A stretch of 64,000 bases of DNA from Salpingoeca rosetta (GCA_033442325.1 JAWQFM010000036.1:124175-188174), one strand, 5' to 3'; shown: positions 17,744 through 39,860, counted from the first letter of the stretch. Numbers and translations: made by a program. Notes: generated by a model from the sequence alone, not told the origin.

Positions 17744-18030
17744 TGCTCAACTCGCTACCTGCTCATCTTCTCGACACATCCAAGTACATGCCCCTCCCTC
17801 TCCACCTCAACCAATCCGAACGCAATACGCAATCCCGTGTCCATTGTCCATCTCACCTCGACGCTACCCTTCCACGCCGCGTTGTGTAGGGGCGTGTCGC
17901 CCAACTTGTTCTGCACATCCGCACGGCAGTTCGGCCGCTGCCACACGTGTGTGTGTGTGTGGGGGGGGATGAGGGGAGAGTGGGCGTTAGTGTGTATGTG
18001 TGTATGTGTATATGTGTGTGTGTGCGTGTG

Positions 18031-18068
<38 letters not shown>

Positions 18069-19144
18069 TGTGTGTGTGTGTGTGTGTGTATGTGTGTGTG
18101 TAATGAATGGAGAGAGAGAGCGAACCGTACCACCATCACCACCACCAATCACCACCATCACCACCACCAATAACCACCATCCATCGGCACCTTGAGGAGT
18201 TCCTCTGCGCAGTCGACGTGTCCGCCACGCGCTGCCCAATGCAATGGTGTTGCGCCAGCCTTGAAGGAGGACACACACACACACACATGAATGCATGAAT
18301 GCATGAATGCATGTATAGTGACACACAGCACAGGCACATGCACGCGGCCACATGCATGCACATACACACACAATACAACACACACCACAACACAACACAA
18401 CACACAACACACACACCACACACACCACACACAACACACAACACACACAACATACACAACACAACACAACACAACACAACACAACACAACACAACACAAC
18501 ATTAAACAACACAACACAAACACAACACCAACACAACACAAACACGGCGCGAACCTTATCCAGGGCGTTGGGAGAGACGCCGTTTGTGAGACACTCGATG
18601 AGGAAGGGCAGGTTGCCTCGCTTGGCGGCCTCATGCAGCGGGTTGTCGACAGACTCCGTGTTGCCAGACTTCTCAACTGCTCACGCGTGTGTGCACACAT
18701 AACCACGCACAACGAGTGCACGCATTCATATGCACAGCACACATGCGATGGGAATAAAGCAAAGAAAGAAGTCAGCGCGAGAGACAGTGAGAAAGAAAGA
18801 GAGAAGAGCAGGAGAACATGCATGCAAAAGCACGCACACACAAACAAACAAACAAACAAACAAACAGACAAACAAACAAACAAACACACACACAATCAAA
18901 CAAACAAACACACACACAAACACACACACACACAATCAAACACACACACACAATCAAACACACACACACACACAAACAAACAAACAAACAAACAAACAAA
19001 CAAACAAACACACGCACGCACATTCACACACACAATCAAACAAANNNNNNNNNNNNNNNNNNNNNNNNNNNNNNNNNNNNNNNNNNNNNNNNNNNNNNNN
19101 NNNNNNNNNNNNNNNNNNNNNNNNNNNNNNNNNNNNNNNNNNNN

Positions 19145-19190
<46 letters not shown>

Positions 19191-20041
19191 TACACACACA
19201 CACACACACGCACGCACGCACGCACGCACACAACAGAAATCATCACGACCACCTCCACAACGATCACGACCACCTCCACAGCGCACCACAGCGTGTAAAC
19301 GATGGTTTCTTTCCAAAGCACCACGCAGACACGCATGCACAGAAGCATACACACGCACGCACACACGCACGCACGCAAAGAAGCATGCACACCCCACCTG
19401 CTTCTGAACGTAGATGAGATCGCCTTCCTCAAACGACAGCTCATCCGCCTACAATGTGCGGAAACAATGAAGCACGCATGCAGGTGAGTGGTGTAAGAAT
19501 GTGCGTGAGCGGGTGTGTGTTTGCTGTTGTTATTGTCATGCTGTTGCGTTACGCGGTACTGTATTGTGTGTGCGTGCGGCGGGTGTCTCGTTTGTGCGGC
19601 TGAAGTGTTCGAAGGCCGTGTTAATGCGATGTGATGGTGTGTGCGCGTGCAACGGTTTCAGGGAAGATACAGCGATCCATCCATCCATCCATCCATCACT
19701 TACGTGCTGCGCCGTGTAAGGGTAGAGAGCGCGGTACACGGAAACCTTGCCTGCAAGACAGGAAAGAGCGCAAACACACACGCAACACAAACAAGGAAGC
19801 GGACATGAGGCGCTCCCCACCACCAAGGTATTCATCGCAGTCGTTCAGCCCATCATTTCATCACAGTGAACAACAACCCAAACAAAACAAACCCCCACCC
19901 ACCATGCATGCACCACAAGCACATGTACACGATGTCAACCACAATGAACCACACCATCCCTCTCCGTCTCTGTTTTCTCCTTGTCGCCGTTCACACATTA
20001 TCACCTGGCTTCGCAGGTGCTGGGGGCTTTGGGGGAGGCAT
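17107..20041 (-). CDS. OSTF1: Osteoclast-stimulating factor 1 homologue (Pro-rich, SH3, ankyrin repeats, acidic tail)
   Basis: [44 protein letters not shown]; [15 protein letters not shown]; [14 protein letters not shown]; [15 protein letters not shown]; ends [12 protein letters not shown]. Some exons fall in gaps. Confidence 0.92.
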
Positions 20042-20529
20042 GATTGCTTGGCTCGTTGACCGCGGTTGGAGAAGAAGAAGGTGTGTCGGTTGTGTTGTCG
20101 TGGATGCTCTGCCTGTTGTGGATTTTAATAACGACAGCATAAATTGATTGTAGTTTTCTGTTTGCAAACACCACAAGTTGTAGCTCGCTAGCTCCTCCCA
20201 CCACCACCACCAACTTCAACTCCTCCCTCTGCTGGCGCATCTGGCCTCATTGTCCGCTTTCGATACGTCATTTCGTTTAGTATGCGGCTGTTGCCGTCAG
20301 GGTGCGTTTGAAGTGTGCAACGGTGGTAATGTAACAAAAATCGCACAACGTAATGAAAGTGAAGCACGCATACAGCATGCACGTATGCATGTGGTCGACA
20401 TCACACATGACATGACAATGTATCATGCAAGTCATGCAAGCAGCAAGAGCAAAGGAAGCCAAGTCAGCAACAAAGCGAGTTGCCGCATGTAAGTCGGCAG
20501 CTTAGCAAGTCTATGCGCCACCACTCGCA

Positions 20530-20767
20530 TCAACACTGCTCCTCATCGTACAAGCTGAAGAACCGGGACACAAACAGGTGGCTGGATTGGGACTGGGACG
20601 ACGCCACTGCACCATCATCATCATCACCACCATTATCGTGCCCATCGTCGCCGTCATGACCACCGCCATTGGCTGCTGGTTTGGCAAAGTGTCGCTGTCG
20701 TGGTGGGGGCACTGGAGAGGTGGCCGAAGCACCGCTGCCGTGCTGCTGCTGCTGCTGGTGGTGGTGG

Positions 20768-20802
<35 letters not shown>

Positions 20803-21298
20803 GTGTTGCTCCTGGAGGCGTGCGTGGAGGTAACGCTGGCTCGCCAGCGGCTGCTTGGCGGCGCGTAAGGACGATGATGACAGCGACGTGGGGGACATGG
20901 CGGCGGGGGTTGCTGGCGATAATGGTGCATCGTGATCAGTTGACGATGATGTGCTCCTCAACCTCAACTTCTTCTTGTCCTTCTTCTTGTCCTTCTTCTC
21001 CTTCTTCTCCTGCTCCCTCTTTGCCTTCTTGTCCTTCTTTTCCTGCTTCTTCTTCTCTTTCTTCGCCCTCTCCTTCTCTTTCTTCTCCCTCTTCTTTCGC
21101 TCCTTTGCCTCCTTCTTCAGCCGTCGGGCGTCATCACCAACAAGCTGCTGTTGTAGCTGTTCGTGTTGCTGTTGTAGCTGTTGTTGCTGCTGATGCAAGT
21201 GCTCGTGCTCGTGCTCGTGCTGCGGCGGTTGGTCGGCTGTACCATGTACTTGCTGCTGCATGGGATGGTGCGTGGGCTGCATGGGTTGTTGAGAGACG

Positions 21299-21357
<59 letters not shown>

Positions 21358-22901
21358 GCGAGATTGGTGTTTGGCCTGTCGCGAGCGGCGTGTGGACGAC
21401 TGCTGAAACTTCTTCTGCCGCTTCATGTGACTCTGGAACGCGGCCCAGTGCGCATCGGCGATGTCCAGCAAACCCCGCGCACTGAACCGCGACGCCTTCT
21501 TGCCGCCCCGCCCCTCCTTATCCTTCTTCTTCTCCTTCTTCTTGCTCTTCTTCTTTGTCTTCTTCTTCTTGCTCTTGGTCTTTGTCTCCTTCTTCGTCTC
21601 CTTCTTGCTGCTGCTGCTGCTGCTGGTAGTGCCCTCACCCATGTGACTGCTGTGCGCTTGCTCAGCCTCCACTGCCTGCACGCCGCTGTGTTGCTGTTGA
21701 GGTTGTTGCTGTTGTTGAGCTTGTGTGCTCACACCGACAGATGTGACAGCAGCGGCAGCGCCTGTGGGTGTGGCTGGTGCAGGCGCCGTACTTGCGCTGA
21801 ACGTTGTGGCCGACGGGCCCGCCACATCGCTTTCGTCCACTCTCGCGGCGGCTTCCACTTTTCCTTCACCATCAGCTTCATGCTCCCCTTCCTCTTCTTC
21901 TTCTTCCCCTTCTTCTTCCTCGTCATCATCTTCCTCGTCAGCATCTTCCTCATCATCATCGTCATCATCATCATCGTCATCATCATCATCGTCATCATCA
22001 TCACCGTAATCATCCATGTCACGGTGTGGCCGCAGTCGCGATGAGAGGCGGAGGGAAGCGCCCCGCCCAATAATGCCGACACCAAGCGACGACGCATTGC
22101 TCGCCACGCGCGACCCACCAACACAAACACCAACACCACCATCAACACCATCAACAGCAACGCTAACATCGCAACCGTCACCATTACCATCACCATCGTC
22201 AGCACCAGCACCAGCACCGGTGTCGTCCTTGCTACCTTCTCTGCTGCTGGTGGTGGTGGTGGTGGTGGTGGTGGCGTGTATGATTGGTACTGCTGTGGCA
22301 GGTGAGGCCAGTGTCGTGGTGACTGATGCGCCTGCACGTCTCTGCATGCTCCATGTGCGTGTGCGCGCGGGTGGAACAGGCGGCGTGTCCCCATGATCTT
22401 GTTCTTGTTCTTGTTGTTGTTGTTGTTCTTGTTCTTGTTGTTGTTGTTGTTGTTGTTGTTCTTGTTCTTGTTCTTCTCCTTGTTGTTGTTGTTGTCGTCG
22501 TTGTAGTTGTTCTTGTTGTTGTGGTGCCTGCTGTCCATCATGGGCTGATGACACTCCAGCCCTTACACCGCCGTCACCGTCACCGGCATGCCTGATGTCC
22601 GCAGCTGCGGGGGCGGTGTCGTTGCCATCGAGGTTGCCTGTAAGCACGCCATCACGCGTTGCCCGCCCTTCCAGTGGCCACACGACCTTTCCACGCACCA
22701 TGTCAGCAAGCTCATCGTGCTCCCTTGCATCGTCGTCCTCCTCCTCCCGTTCTTCGTGCCCCTCCTCAACCCCTTCTTCTTCTTCCTCTTCTTCCTCATC
22801 TTCATCTTCATCTTCCTCCTCCTCTGAGCTTGTTTCCAGTCGTGCCAGTATCTCATCCACGTCTTCATCCTCATCCACCACCACGTGCGGCTGCTCAGAC
22901 A

Positions 22902-23000
<99 letters not shown>

Positions 23001-23329
23001 AGTCATCGTCGTTGTCGTTGTCATCAGCACTGGCATCAACAACTGCTGCGGCTGCTGCCATGCTCGTGCTCGTGCTCGTGGTCGTGGTCGCATCATCGCC
23101 AGCGGCGCCGTCTTCGGCGTTGCCATCATCATCATCACCACCACCACCACCACCAGTTTCACTGACGTTGTCGTCGTGATCGCTCGAGGGTGCAGCGGCC
23201 ACACCGGTTGAGTCACATGCTGGGACAACCTCGATAACACCACCTGCTTCTGTTTGGTTCCTTCCACCCCTTCCATCTTCCTCTTCCTCCTCGTCGTCGA
23301 CTTCCTCTTCGTCCCCTTCCCCATCACTG

Positions 23330-23363
<34 letters not shown>

Positions 23364-24240
23364 CTTCTTCTTCTTCTTCTTCTTCTTCTTCTTCTTCTTC
23401 CTCCTCCTCCTCCTCCTCTAGCACATCATCCAACGGTGAGCGTTGTGCAAACTGACTTCCATCATCATCACCATCACCATTATCATCGCCGCCATCGGCA
23501 GCATCGCCAGTGCTGCCGTCGCGGGTGCTGTGCTGCGCCCGCTGGGCATATCTTGCCTGCAGGCAAGGCCCAACCTCCGTGGCGCTGCGGTGTTGGCGGT
23601 GGGCGTGAGGCGAGTTGGGATCTGTCCCAAGAAACCTGTTGTCGCGTGGTGTTTGATTGCAAGATGCGATGTGATGCGCAGGGGGGAGGGCGTGGAGGGA
23701 AGCACAGGGAATGGGGTGAGAGTGGTAAGGATGAAACAACACGCCATGAACAGGGGACACACTCAAATGTGTGATGTCAGAGAAAGTGTGTGCGTGTGTG
23801 TGTGTGTGTGTATTGAGAGAGTGGGTGAGAGGCATATAGACAGACACACAGACACACAGACACACAGATAGACACACAGACACACAGACACACAGACACA
23901 CAGACACACAGACACACAGACATACAGACAGACAGACAGACAGGCAGGCAGAGACAGCGAGAAAGGGCCAGGGCACGCATCAGCGGCGAAATACCAACAC
24001 CCCAAAAACAACAAAACACGCCGGCAATACAAACGCACGAGCCGTGACGCGGCGCAAAGACGGAGTAAGGAGAGGAGGCCAGAGGGTCTTCAATGGCAGC
24101 GGGTGAACCGGAGAAACTGTCCTGCTGCCGAGAATCAGCGGAAGTTGAGTCCTTGCGATGAAATGCATTGCTCATGCTCATGCGGAGTTTCCCGGGCTGC
24201 GCGCACACACGTGTGTGTGCGTGTGTGTGTGCGTGCGTGC

Positions 24241-24293
<53 letters not shown>

Positions 24294-25224
24294 TGTGTGT
24301 GTGTGTGTGAGTGTATCTCAGAGCAGTCTCAGTAAAAGCATATAATTTTCATTAATTAAAAATATAGCGGGGGGGGGGGGAGGATATAAAAATTTTTTTT
24401 CTGCTNNNNNNNNNNNNNNNNNNNNNNNNNNNNNNNNNNNNNNNNNNNNNNNNNNNNNNNNNNNNNNNNNNNNNNNNNNNNNNNNNNNNNNNNNNNNNNN
24501 NNNNNNNNNNNNNNNNNNNNNNNNNNNNNNNNNNNNNNNNNNNNNNNNNNNNNNNNNNNNNNNNNNNNNNNNNNNNNNNNNNNNNNNNNNNNNNNNNNNN
24601 NNNNNNNNNNNNNNNNNNNNNNNNNNNNNNNNNNNNNNNNNNNNNNNNNNNNNNNNNNNNNNNNNNNNNNNNNNNNNNNNNNNNNNNNNNNNNNNNNNNN
24701 NNNNNNNNNNNNNNNNNNNNNNNNNNNNNNNNNNNNNNNNNNNNNNNNNNNNNNNNNNNNNNNNNNNNNNNNNNNNNNNNNNNNNNNNNNNNNNNNNNNN
24801 NNNNNNNNNNNNNNNNNNNNNNNNNNNNNNNNNNNNNNNNNNNNNNNNNNNNNNNNNNNNNNNNNNNNNNNNNNNNNNNNNNNNNNNNNNNNNNNNNNNN
24901 NNNNNNNNNNNNNNNNNNNNNNNNNNNNNNNNNNNNNNNNNNNNNNNNNNNNNNNNNNNNNNNNNNNNNNNNNNNNNNNNNNNNNNNNNNNNNNNNNNNN
25001 NNNNNNNNNNNNNNNNNNNNNNNNNNNNNNNNNNNNNNNNNNNNNNNNNNNNNNNNNNNNNNNNNNNNNNNNNNNNNNNNNNNNNNNNNNNNNNNNNNNN
25101 NNNNNNNNNNNNNNNNNNNNNNNNNNNNNNNNNNNNNNNNNNNNNNNNNNNNNNNNNNNNNNNNNNNNNNNNNNNNNNNNNNNNNNNNNNNNNNNNNNNN
25201 NNNNNNNNNNNNNNNNNNNNNNNN

Positions 25225-25279
<55 letters not shown>

Positions 25280-25620
25280 GTGTGTGGTGTGTGTGTATGA
25301 ATACACATGCGTGTGTGCATGCTCACCTCTGCCTGGTGGAGATAGACAGTTGAATCCGTGAGCGCCTGTGCCCGCTTCAACCACTCCAGCTGATGTGTAT
25401 GTGTGTGTGTGTGTGTGTGTGCGTGAGTTGGGGACGACGTTACGAATGAACGCGGGGGATATGAAGGTGAAAAAAGCACATCTGATACGAGCGAAATCAC
25501 CAAACCAAACAAAGCGTCAACGATTTCATCTCACATCAGCCCAACAGCAAGGTAAGCATACATGCAACGATCCAATCACAACTTCGCACCCGCACACACG
25601 CAACCACACACACACACACA

Positions 25621-25659
<39 letters not shown>

Positions 25660-26620
25660 ACACTCTCTCTCTCTCACACACACACACTCTCTCTCTCTCA
25701 CACACACACACACTCTCTCTCTCTCTCGCCCACACACACACACACTCTCTCTCTCTCTCAATCACACACACAATTGCGTGCCCTCACCCAGCTGGTTCGC
25801 TCCTCTGCGCTTGACGCGTAGAGCTGCCACACACGCGACTCGGTGACAATCTCTGCAAATGCACAGCGTGCACGACAATGTGGGTGGTGACATGAGGTGT
25901 GCGGTCAATGGCAGTTGACTTGAGGAAACACGCTTGCAGTGCACAACACAACACAACACAACACAACACAACACCGATATGATGCGACTGACCAAAGCCA
26001 AACCCGCGCGACCGCTTCTCCAGCACGGGCCGGATGTTGGCGTTCAGCAGTGGAATTTCACCCATGGACTGCGTGGCACTCTCATCCTGACGAGCGGAGA
26101 GGGGAGACATGGAGAGGGTAAGGTGACAATGCACGGGTGGATTGGTGACAAGTGTGTGTGTGAGAGTGATGCCATTGACAAAACGAAAAAACGACCGTCA
26201 CGCCCTACAATAAGATAAGGACACCGCAACAATCGGACACGTTTGCGTGACGAACGTGTACAAAGGCGCATGTACACTCACAACAAAAAAAAAAAAAAAA
26301 AGAACGCGTGAATGCACCACTCCTGCTTCCCCAATACACATGCACACAAACACACAAACACACAAACACACAAACACATGCACATGCACACGACGCACCT
26401 TGAAGTACTCGACGTTCCCTCCAAGACGCGCGACGAACCAGCGCTTCCGGTGGCTGAACGTGTTGACCTTGCCCTTCTTCACCAGATAGCCGCACTTGCA
26501 CGTGCTGCTGTCATCGAGCCACACCGGCTTGCCAGCGTCCTGAAAGCGCACGCTCTCCTCGGCGTCGCCGCTTGTGCTGCCGCGATCTCCAATTGAAGAA
26601 GACCGCGCAGAGGAATCCAT
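20530..26620 (-). CDS. N-terminal PH-domain protein with a ~1000-aa acidic, polyQ and Lys-rich low-complexity C-terminal region
   Basis: Exon 26620-26399 gives KCGYLVKKGKVNTFSHRKRWFVARLGGNVEYFK. Later exons give MGEIPLLNANI and the PH C-terminal helix LEWLKRAQAL. The large terminal exon lies in ORF 20530-23976. Gap at 24406-25224. Confidence 0.75.
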
Positions 26621-26712
26621 GATTGGCGCGTGAAGCACAATGTAGCACAAGCAGGACAGAAAAACAAAAAGGGAAGTGTGATGGCGAGAGGGGCGAAAGA
26701 AAGAAAGAACGA

Positions 26713-26752
<40 letters not shown>

Positions 26753-26996
26753 AGGGGATGGTAGCACAGCAAGTGCGACACCGAGGGCGGTTGCACCTCG
26801 AGGTAACCCTTCGGACGCAGAGGATGCGGGCCAGCAAAACCAAAACACCCACGCACTGCTCGCTCGCTCGCTCGCTTGTTGTATCTGCCCTGTTGGACCG
26901 TGGCAACTGAATTCAGTGTCACAAGTAGTTTGGACTGAAATCAGTATCCGTGTCAACGTGTTTGTGCGCGGGAAAGTCGGTGCAGTGGCAGTTGCA

Positions 26997-27046
<50 letters not shown>

Positions 27047-27146
27047 NNNNNNNNNNNNNNNNNNNNNNNNNNNNNNNNNNNNNNNNNNNNNNNNNNNNNN
27101 NNNNNNNNNNNNNNNNNNNNNNNNNNNNNNNNNNNNNNNNNNNNNN

Positions 27147-28932
<1,786 letters not shown>

Positions 28933-29100
28933 TGTAACAACTGCACCACCTTTCTACACACACACACGCGCACACACACACACACACACAAGAAGCTCTT
29001 CATAGCAGGCAACTGGTATGCCACATGGAATTGACTTGATTGTGAACAAGCTCTCTCTGTCTCATAAACGAACGGCAATGTACAAAACAAGCCACGTGCA

Positions 29101-34210
<5,110 letters not shown>

Positions 34211-35356
34211 GATGCCCGAGCTCGTTGCAACAACAATGACGAGTACACCCCCTTCGACTACTTCGCTTCTCAATCACCTTCGTCTGTTCTGTTGGTGGGA
34301 AAGCAGATCGGCAAGTTGGCGGACAGCAACACCCAGCCGAGCGCGCTAAGCCTTCTGCGTAAACGTTTCGTGACGTAAACGATGTGTTGTTCCTTTGTTT
34401 GCCCCACTATCTTGTGTCGTGTCGCTCCCACCAAATTTCTTAAGTGTTCGAAACGAATTGTGCAAACAAAGAACAAGAGGACCTTTGTGCTCGTGTCCCG
34501 AACGATCATTTGTATGCATGCACGCAAGCGAAGAGCCGAGGGCATCAGCTAGGCCTGTGGTAGGCCGGGTAGTGTGGGTGCAATAACATTTTGGTTGAGG
34601 GGAAGGTGCGACGCTTTGCCTGCTTCGGGAGATCTTGGAACATGAAGAAGACAGGAACGCGAGCGAGAGTGTGTATCGAAGGGTCTGATTCGCCGGCAGC
34701 TTGGCTGTGCGGACAAGAGTGCGAGCGTTTGTTCCGGGTCGGTGGCGACGTGGATTGCCCTCGGCGTGTGTGGAGTTCCACTCACGAGCACACGATTGTG
34801 GGATGAGCTGGTGTGAAGTGCCTTGAAACAAACAAGAATGTATGTAGACGAGGCATGTTCGTGTGCTGGTCAGAATGGGCAGGGGTGGTGATTAGAATGT
34901 GTGGTGCATGAAACGGACATTTTGTTGTGAGTTGAAGTGACGGGAAGCCGTAGGGGGGGGGGGGGCGGGCAGCTTGCACAGTGTGCTTGTCTCGTGTGTG
35001 TATGTGTGTGTGTGTGTGTCATATGTGTGTGTCATGTGTGTGTCATGTGTGTGTGTGTGTCATGTGCGTGTCATATGTGTGTGTGCTGTACGAAGTCATC
35101 TTTGGTTGTTGAGGGGTGGGGAAGTGTTTTCGATCTGCCATGAAACAAGGGAAAAGCAAACTGGCAACACGGGCCTCCATTTCGTCACGGCCAATGGCAA
35201 CATGTGACATGTCACGATTCTCCTCGGAACGCGACGAGGCCAAGCAAAATGCAGGGGCAAGGGGGGGGGGGGGGTTGTGGAGGGGCGGGGGTTGTGAAGA
35301 AGAGGAAGAAGAGAAAGGAGAAGGCAGGGAAGAAGAAGAGACATGAGTGTCTCTGC

Positions 35357-35798
35357 TCAGCAGGCGAGGGCGCCCATGGGATCCCATGGTGGCAGCTCAA
35401 CCACATCCTTCATGTCCACCTTCACCATCTCCTCCACCATGGCCTTGGGTGCAACAATCTGGTACCTGTGTGTATGTGTGTGGGGGGGGGGTGAGAAAAG
35501 AAGGTTTGAAGCGCAGGTGCACGTGAAGGTGGGAGGCAAAACGAAGGACAGGCAGGCAGGCAGGCAGATAAATCTGACACAGACAGACAGACAGGGACAG
35601 GCACACACACACACACGCACACATGTGGAGAGAGCAGGAGGACTCACAGGTATTCATCAAACCACTCATCGGTCATGAGGTAGTAGCCGCTGTCACCAAC
35701 GTCCTTTCCCCACGAGTTCTCAACCCGCCACTTGTCAATCTTCCCATCAGCCTCGTTGTACCCTTTGTCAAGTGTGTGAAGAGGTGTGTGTGTGTGTG

Positions 35799-35860
<62 letters not shown>

Positions 35861-35930
35861 TGTGAATGTGTGTGTGTGTGAAGGTGCATGCATAGGCAAG
35901 TGCGTGTGTGAAGGTGCATGTCTCGGCAAG

Positions 35931-35961
<31 letters not shown>

Positions 35962-36610
35962 AAACGGACCTGTGAAGACCATGGCGTGGGTCATGAGAGA
36001 CTGTCCGTAGCGCAGGCGGTCTGCCTTGGAAAGGGCGGGGCGGGTGCCAAACACGAGGTCGTAGTCAAACAGGCGCGTGTCCATCACCGCCATCTTGCGG
36101 TGGTACTCTTTGCCCACGTCAACGCCAAACCACACAGGCATGCCTGAGGATCAAGACAGGACAGAGGGAAGTGTGGGCGAGGGTTGAATTGGAGTGAGTT
36201 GAAGTGAGTGAAAGTGTGAGCAGGCCAACAGAGACGAGGATACACACACACACATACAGATGCAAAGAAGAACTAATATTCCAAACACACACACACACAC
36301 ACACCCACATACCCACACACAGTACACCACCTTGATCAAGCTGCTTCTTGCAGAGAGAGCGGATCAGGTCAATGGGGACGTTGATGTGCTTGACAAGCTC
36401 GCGGTCGCCACCCAGCACATTGCCGAGATACTTGACCGTGTACACGCGCTCAACGGCGTTGCGCGGATCATGAATCAGGCTCTGGTAGTCCTCAACCTAT
36501 TGATTGGACGGTTAGATGAGGGGGGCAGGGGTGGTGTGTGAAGGTAGGTGTGTATGAGTGAAGAATTGACCAGGGGTTCTCAGACAGCAAAACGATACAA
36601 GAGCCACAGT

Positions 36611-36676
<66 letters not shown>

Positions 36677-37365
36677 GACACAAACACACCCTTCCATACG
36701 CACCTTGAATGGGACGTATTCGCGGTAGAACTGCAATGGGGTGAGGTTGGAGATGCGGTGGAACTTCTTGTCCGTGTCCGTGTAGCACCAGTCAAAGGTG
36801 GTGGGCGGTGTGCCGAGGTGGATGGCCAGCACACGGTACACCATGGCAAGAAACGCATCCCGCTTCTTGGCAAGCTCTTCCTTGGACAGCTCGCGTGCGG
36901 TGGCGCGGAGGTCGCACGCAAAGTCGCGAAGCTTGGCCGTCAGGAACGCGTTCATGTGGCGCGTGTTGCACGAGGAGAACGACTCCGGGTACTGCGACTT
37001 GGGCACGATGCCGTACTTGAGGACAATGTTGACGGCCATGTCCCACTGCCCGCCGTCGCCGAGCGGATCGCTGAGCAAATGCTGCACGAGTCGCCCGTCC
37101 AGGTCCTCGTCCAGCGTCTCCAGGATGGCGTTGGTGAAGTAGTTGGCGCGCTCCAGCTTGTCCCAGAAGAACAGGTACGACTGCGACAGCTCAAAGTCGT
37201 CGGGGAGGTTGTACTTCTCCTTCATGGCTGCAAGCGAGAAGAGGCAAGGGGGAGGGGGAGGCGGAGGAATGTGTTGGATGTGTACATTTGAGGAAGAGCG
37301 CAGGTGAGCACATGGGTCGTTGAAGCAAGAGGAGGGAAAGTGTGTGTGATAGAGAGAGAGGGAGG

Positions 37366-37448
<83 letters not shown>

Positions 37449-37568
37449 TGTGTGTGTGNNNNNNNNNNNNNNNNNNNNNNNNNNNNNNNNNNNNNNNNNN
37501 NNNNNNNNNNNNNNNNNNNNNNNNNNNNNNNNNNNNNNNNNNNNNNNNNNNNNNNNNNGGAGAGAGAG

Positions 37569-37621
<53 letters not shown>

Positions 37622-38032
37622 AAGCACCGCGCCACACAACGCAGGCTGTTGGCAAATTATGTGTACATGCACACAGACGAGCGCGCGCGCACACACACAC
37701 ACACACACTCCCACCACAGACACGCACACACACACACGCAAACGCAAACGAATATACGCCACATGCACACAGCAAGCCGTACCAAGGCGCATGCAGTTGG
37801 CAGCAGCAAAGAGCCAACAGCGGCCGGAGCTCTTCTGGTTCGTGGCCTTCATCTCCTTGAGCTTGGTGGAGAAGCTCTTGTCCTCATAGGTGGTGGTGAT
37901 GTTGTGGCGTGGCAACACCTCCTTCACGTCGTTGCGCGTCACCGCGTTCTGGCTCAGCTTGAACCGCGGTTCGGCGTCAAACTCCGCGCGAGCCTTGTCA
38001 ACAAGCTCAGTCGTGATCTCAAGACCTGCCAT
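35357..38032 (-). CDS. BLMH: Bleomycin hydrolase / cysteine aminopeptidase C (peptidase C1B)
   Basis: Catalytic motifs TNQKSSGRCWLFA (Cys), SLMTHAMVFTG (His) and WRVENSWG (Asn); also FELSQSYLFFWDKLERANYF, DGGQWDM and C-terminal LPPWDPMGALAC*. Confidence 0.95.
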
Positions 38033-38288
38033 TGTCGGTGGTGAGCGTGCGTGTGTGTGTAGGAGGGTGGGTTGGCGTGTGGGCGGAAGTGTCGACAGGC
38101 GTCGTTTGTTGTTGGCGGTTTGCGTTTGTTTGTGGAGAGTTGTTTGCAGTGCGAAAATGACTTGTTTGGCTAGAAAATTACATGGAAATATACACTAATT
38201 TTCAGCAAAGCACAAACCAAAACAACGAACACCAAAAAAGCAGCCACGGACAAGCAAGCAACAAGCAAGCAGCCACTAACAAGCAAGG

Positions 38289-39471
38289 ATGAGCCAGCCA
38301 GAGACGAAGAAGAGCAAGCAGCAGGCGTACTGCGTTGGCTTGAAGGATGTGCAGGCTGCACAGGACCGCATCAAGGGCCTTGCCCACCGCACGCCACTGC
38401 TCACCTCCACAACCATGGACAAGCTCAGCGGCCGCCAGCTCTTCTTCAAGTGTGAAAACCTCCAGCGAGGTGGGTGATCGTGTGATATGTGCGTGTGTGT
38501 GATTCGTGTGTGTGCGTGTGTGTGATTGTGTGTTGTGCGTATGTGCGTGTGTGCATGTGCGTGATGGTGTGTGCGTGTGTGCAGTGAGTCGAAGATTGAT
38601 CGCCGTTTGCCCACTGCTCGTGATCTCACTTGCCATCGTGGACGTCTTGATTTGCTGTGGCGGACAGGTGGCTCGTTCAAGATCCGAGGCGCCTTGAACG
38701 CCGTCAAGATGTGTGTATGTGTGTGTGTGCGTGTGTCTGCAACTGTGTGCCTGAAACTTTGTGCCTGTCTGTTTGAGTGGATGCAAAGTTTGGTGTATGG
38801 CACCGGAGCCAGGCACACAGGTACAATTGTCCAGCACTCCTTCCCAACACCAATCTTCATGTGTATTCTCATTTTGCAGCTCCTGCGATTGTGTTACAGG
38901 CTGGGCGATGATGTGAAGGACGTGGTCACCCACAGCAGGTGTGTGTGTGTTTGTGTGTTTGTGTTTGTTTGTGTGCACGCGTGTACTTGTGCGTTTATGT
39001 GTATGTTTACATGAAGCAAGGTGCACGCGTCGCTGATTTGAGTTGACCTTTGTGATCCATTTGTGGAATGGTTGCATCACACTGTTGTTGCAGCGGCAAC
39101 CACGGACAAGCTTTGGCCCTGGCCGCCAGCCTGCTTGGTGAGATGTCAACTGGCAGCGCGCACACGCCACGCCAAGCAACTGAACCCATGTCTGTCTTCA
39201 TAAAATAATTACGCAGGCTTACTTTTCTGCGTGTGTCCTTCTTTCTCCGTTGTGTCGCCTTGTTCCAGGCAAGACGGCCCATATTGTCATGCCAGACAAC
39301 GCCCCAACAGTGAAGCGTGCAGCAGTGGCAGGTATTATAATATATCGCACGTGCGCATACATGTGCGTGTGTATGTGAAGTGTGATGGGATGAATCTACT
39401 GTGCGTCGGGGCGACGGGTATGCTGTTCCAGCAGTATGGTGCATCTTCTGTTTGTGAACTGTCTGCTTGCA

Positions 39472-39520
<49 letters not shown>

Positions 39521-39803
39521 GCGCACCTTGTACCTGCCTACACAACAGCTCTCTCCCACGTGCACCGCCCGTCTGTGTGCATATGTTGACTGTCTCAATT
39601 TGCTGTTGGGGTTGTTTCGTTTGCTGTTGGCGTTGGTTGGTTGGTCTTCAGGGTATGGTGCGAAGATCACCACGTGCGAATCGACGCAGCCGGCACGCGA
39701 GGCCGCAGCACAGGCCGTGCTCGAGGTGGGGCGTGGTGGCTGACGGTATCATTGGGGGGGGGTGTCTTTGATTGAAGTGCATGTGTGTGTGTGCATGTGT
39801 GTG

Positions 39804-39860
<57 letters not shown>

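Noticed and set aside
24320-24405. AT-rich segment with poly-G and poly-T, unlike its surroundings
   Set aside because: Contig edge beside a gap; probably poor-quality read tail rather than an insertion element.
34270-34930. Microsatellite-free stretch with short ORFs; possible mobile element
   Set aside because: No terminal repeats, target-site duplication or transposase motifs seen; more likely the promoter/5' UTR of the polyQ gene.
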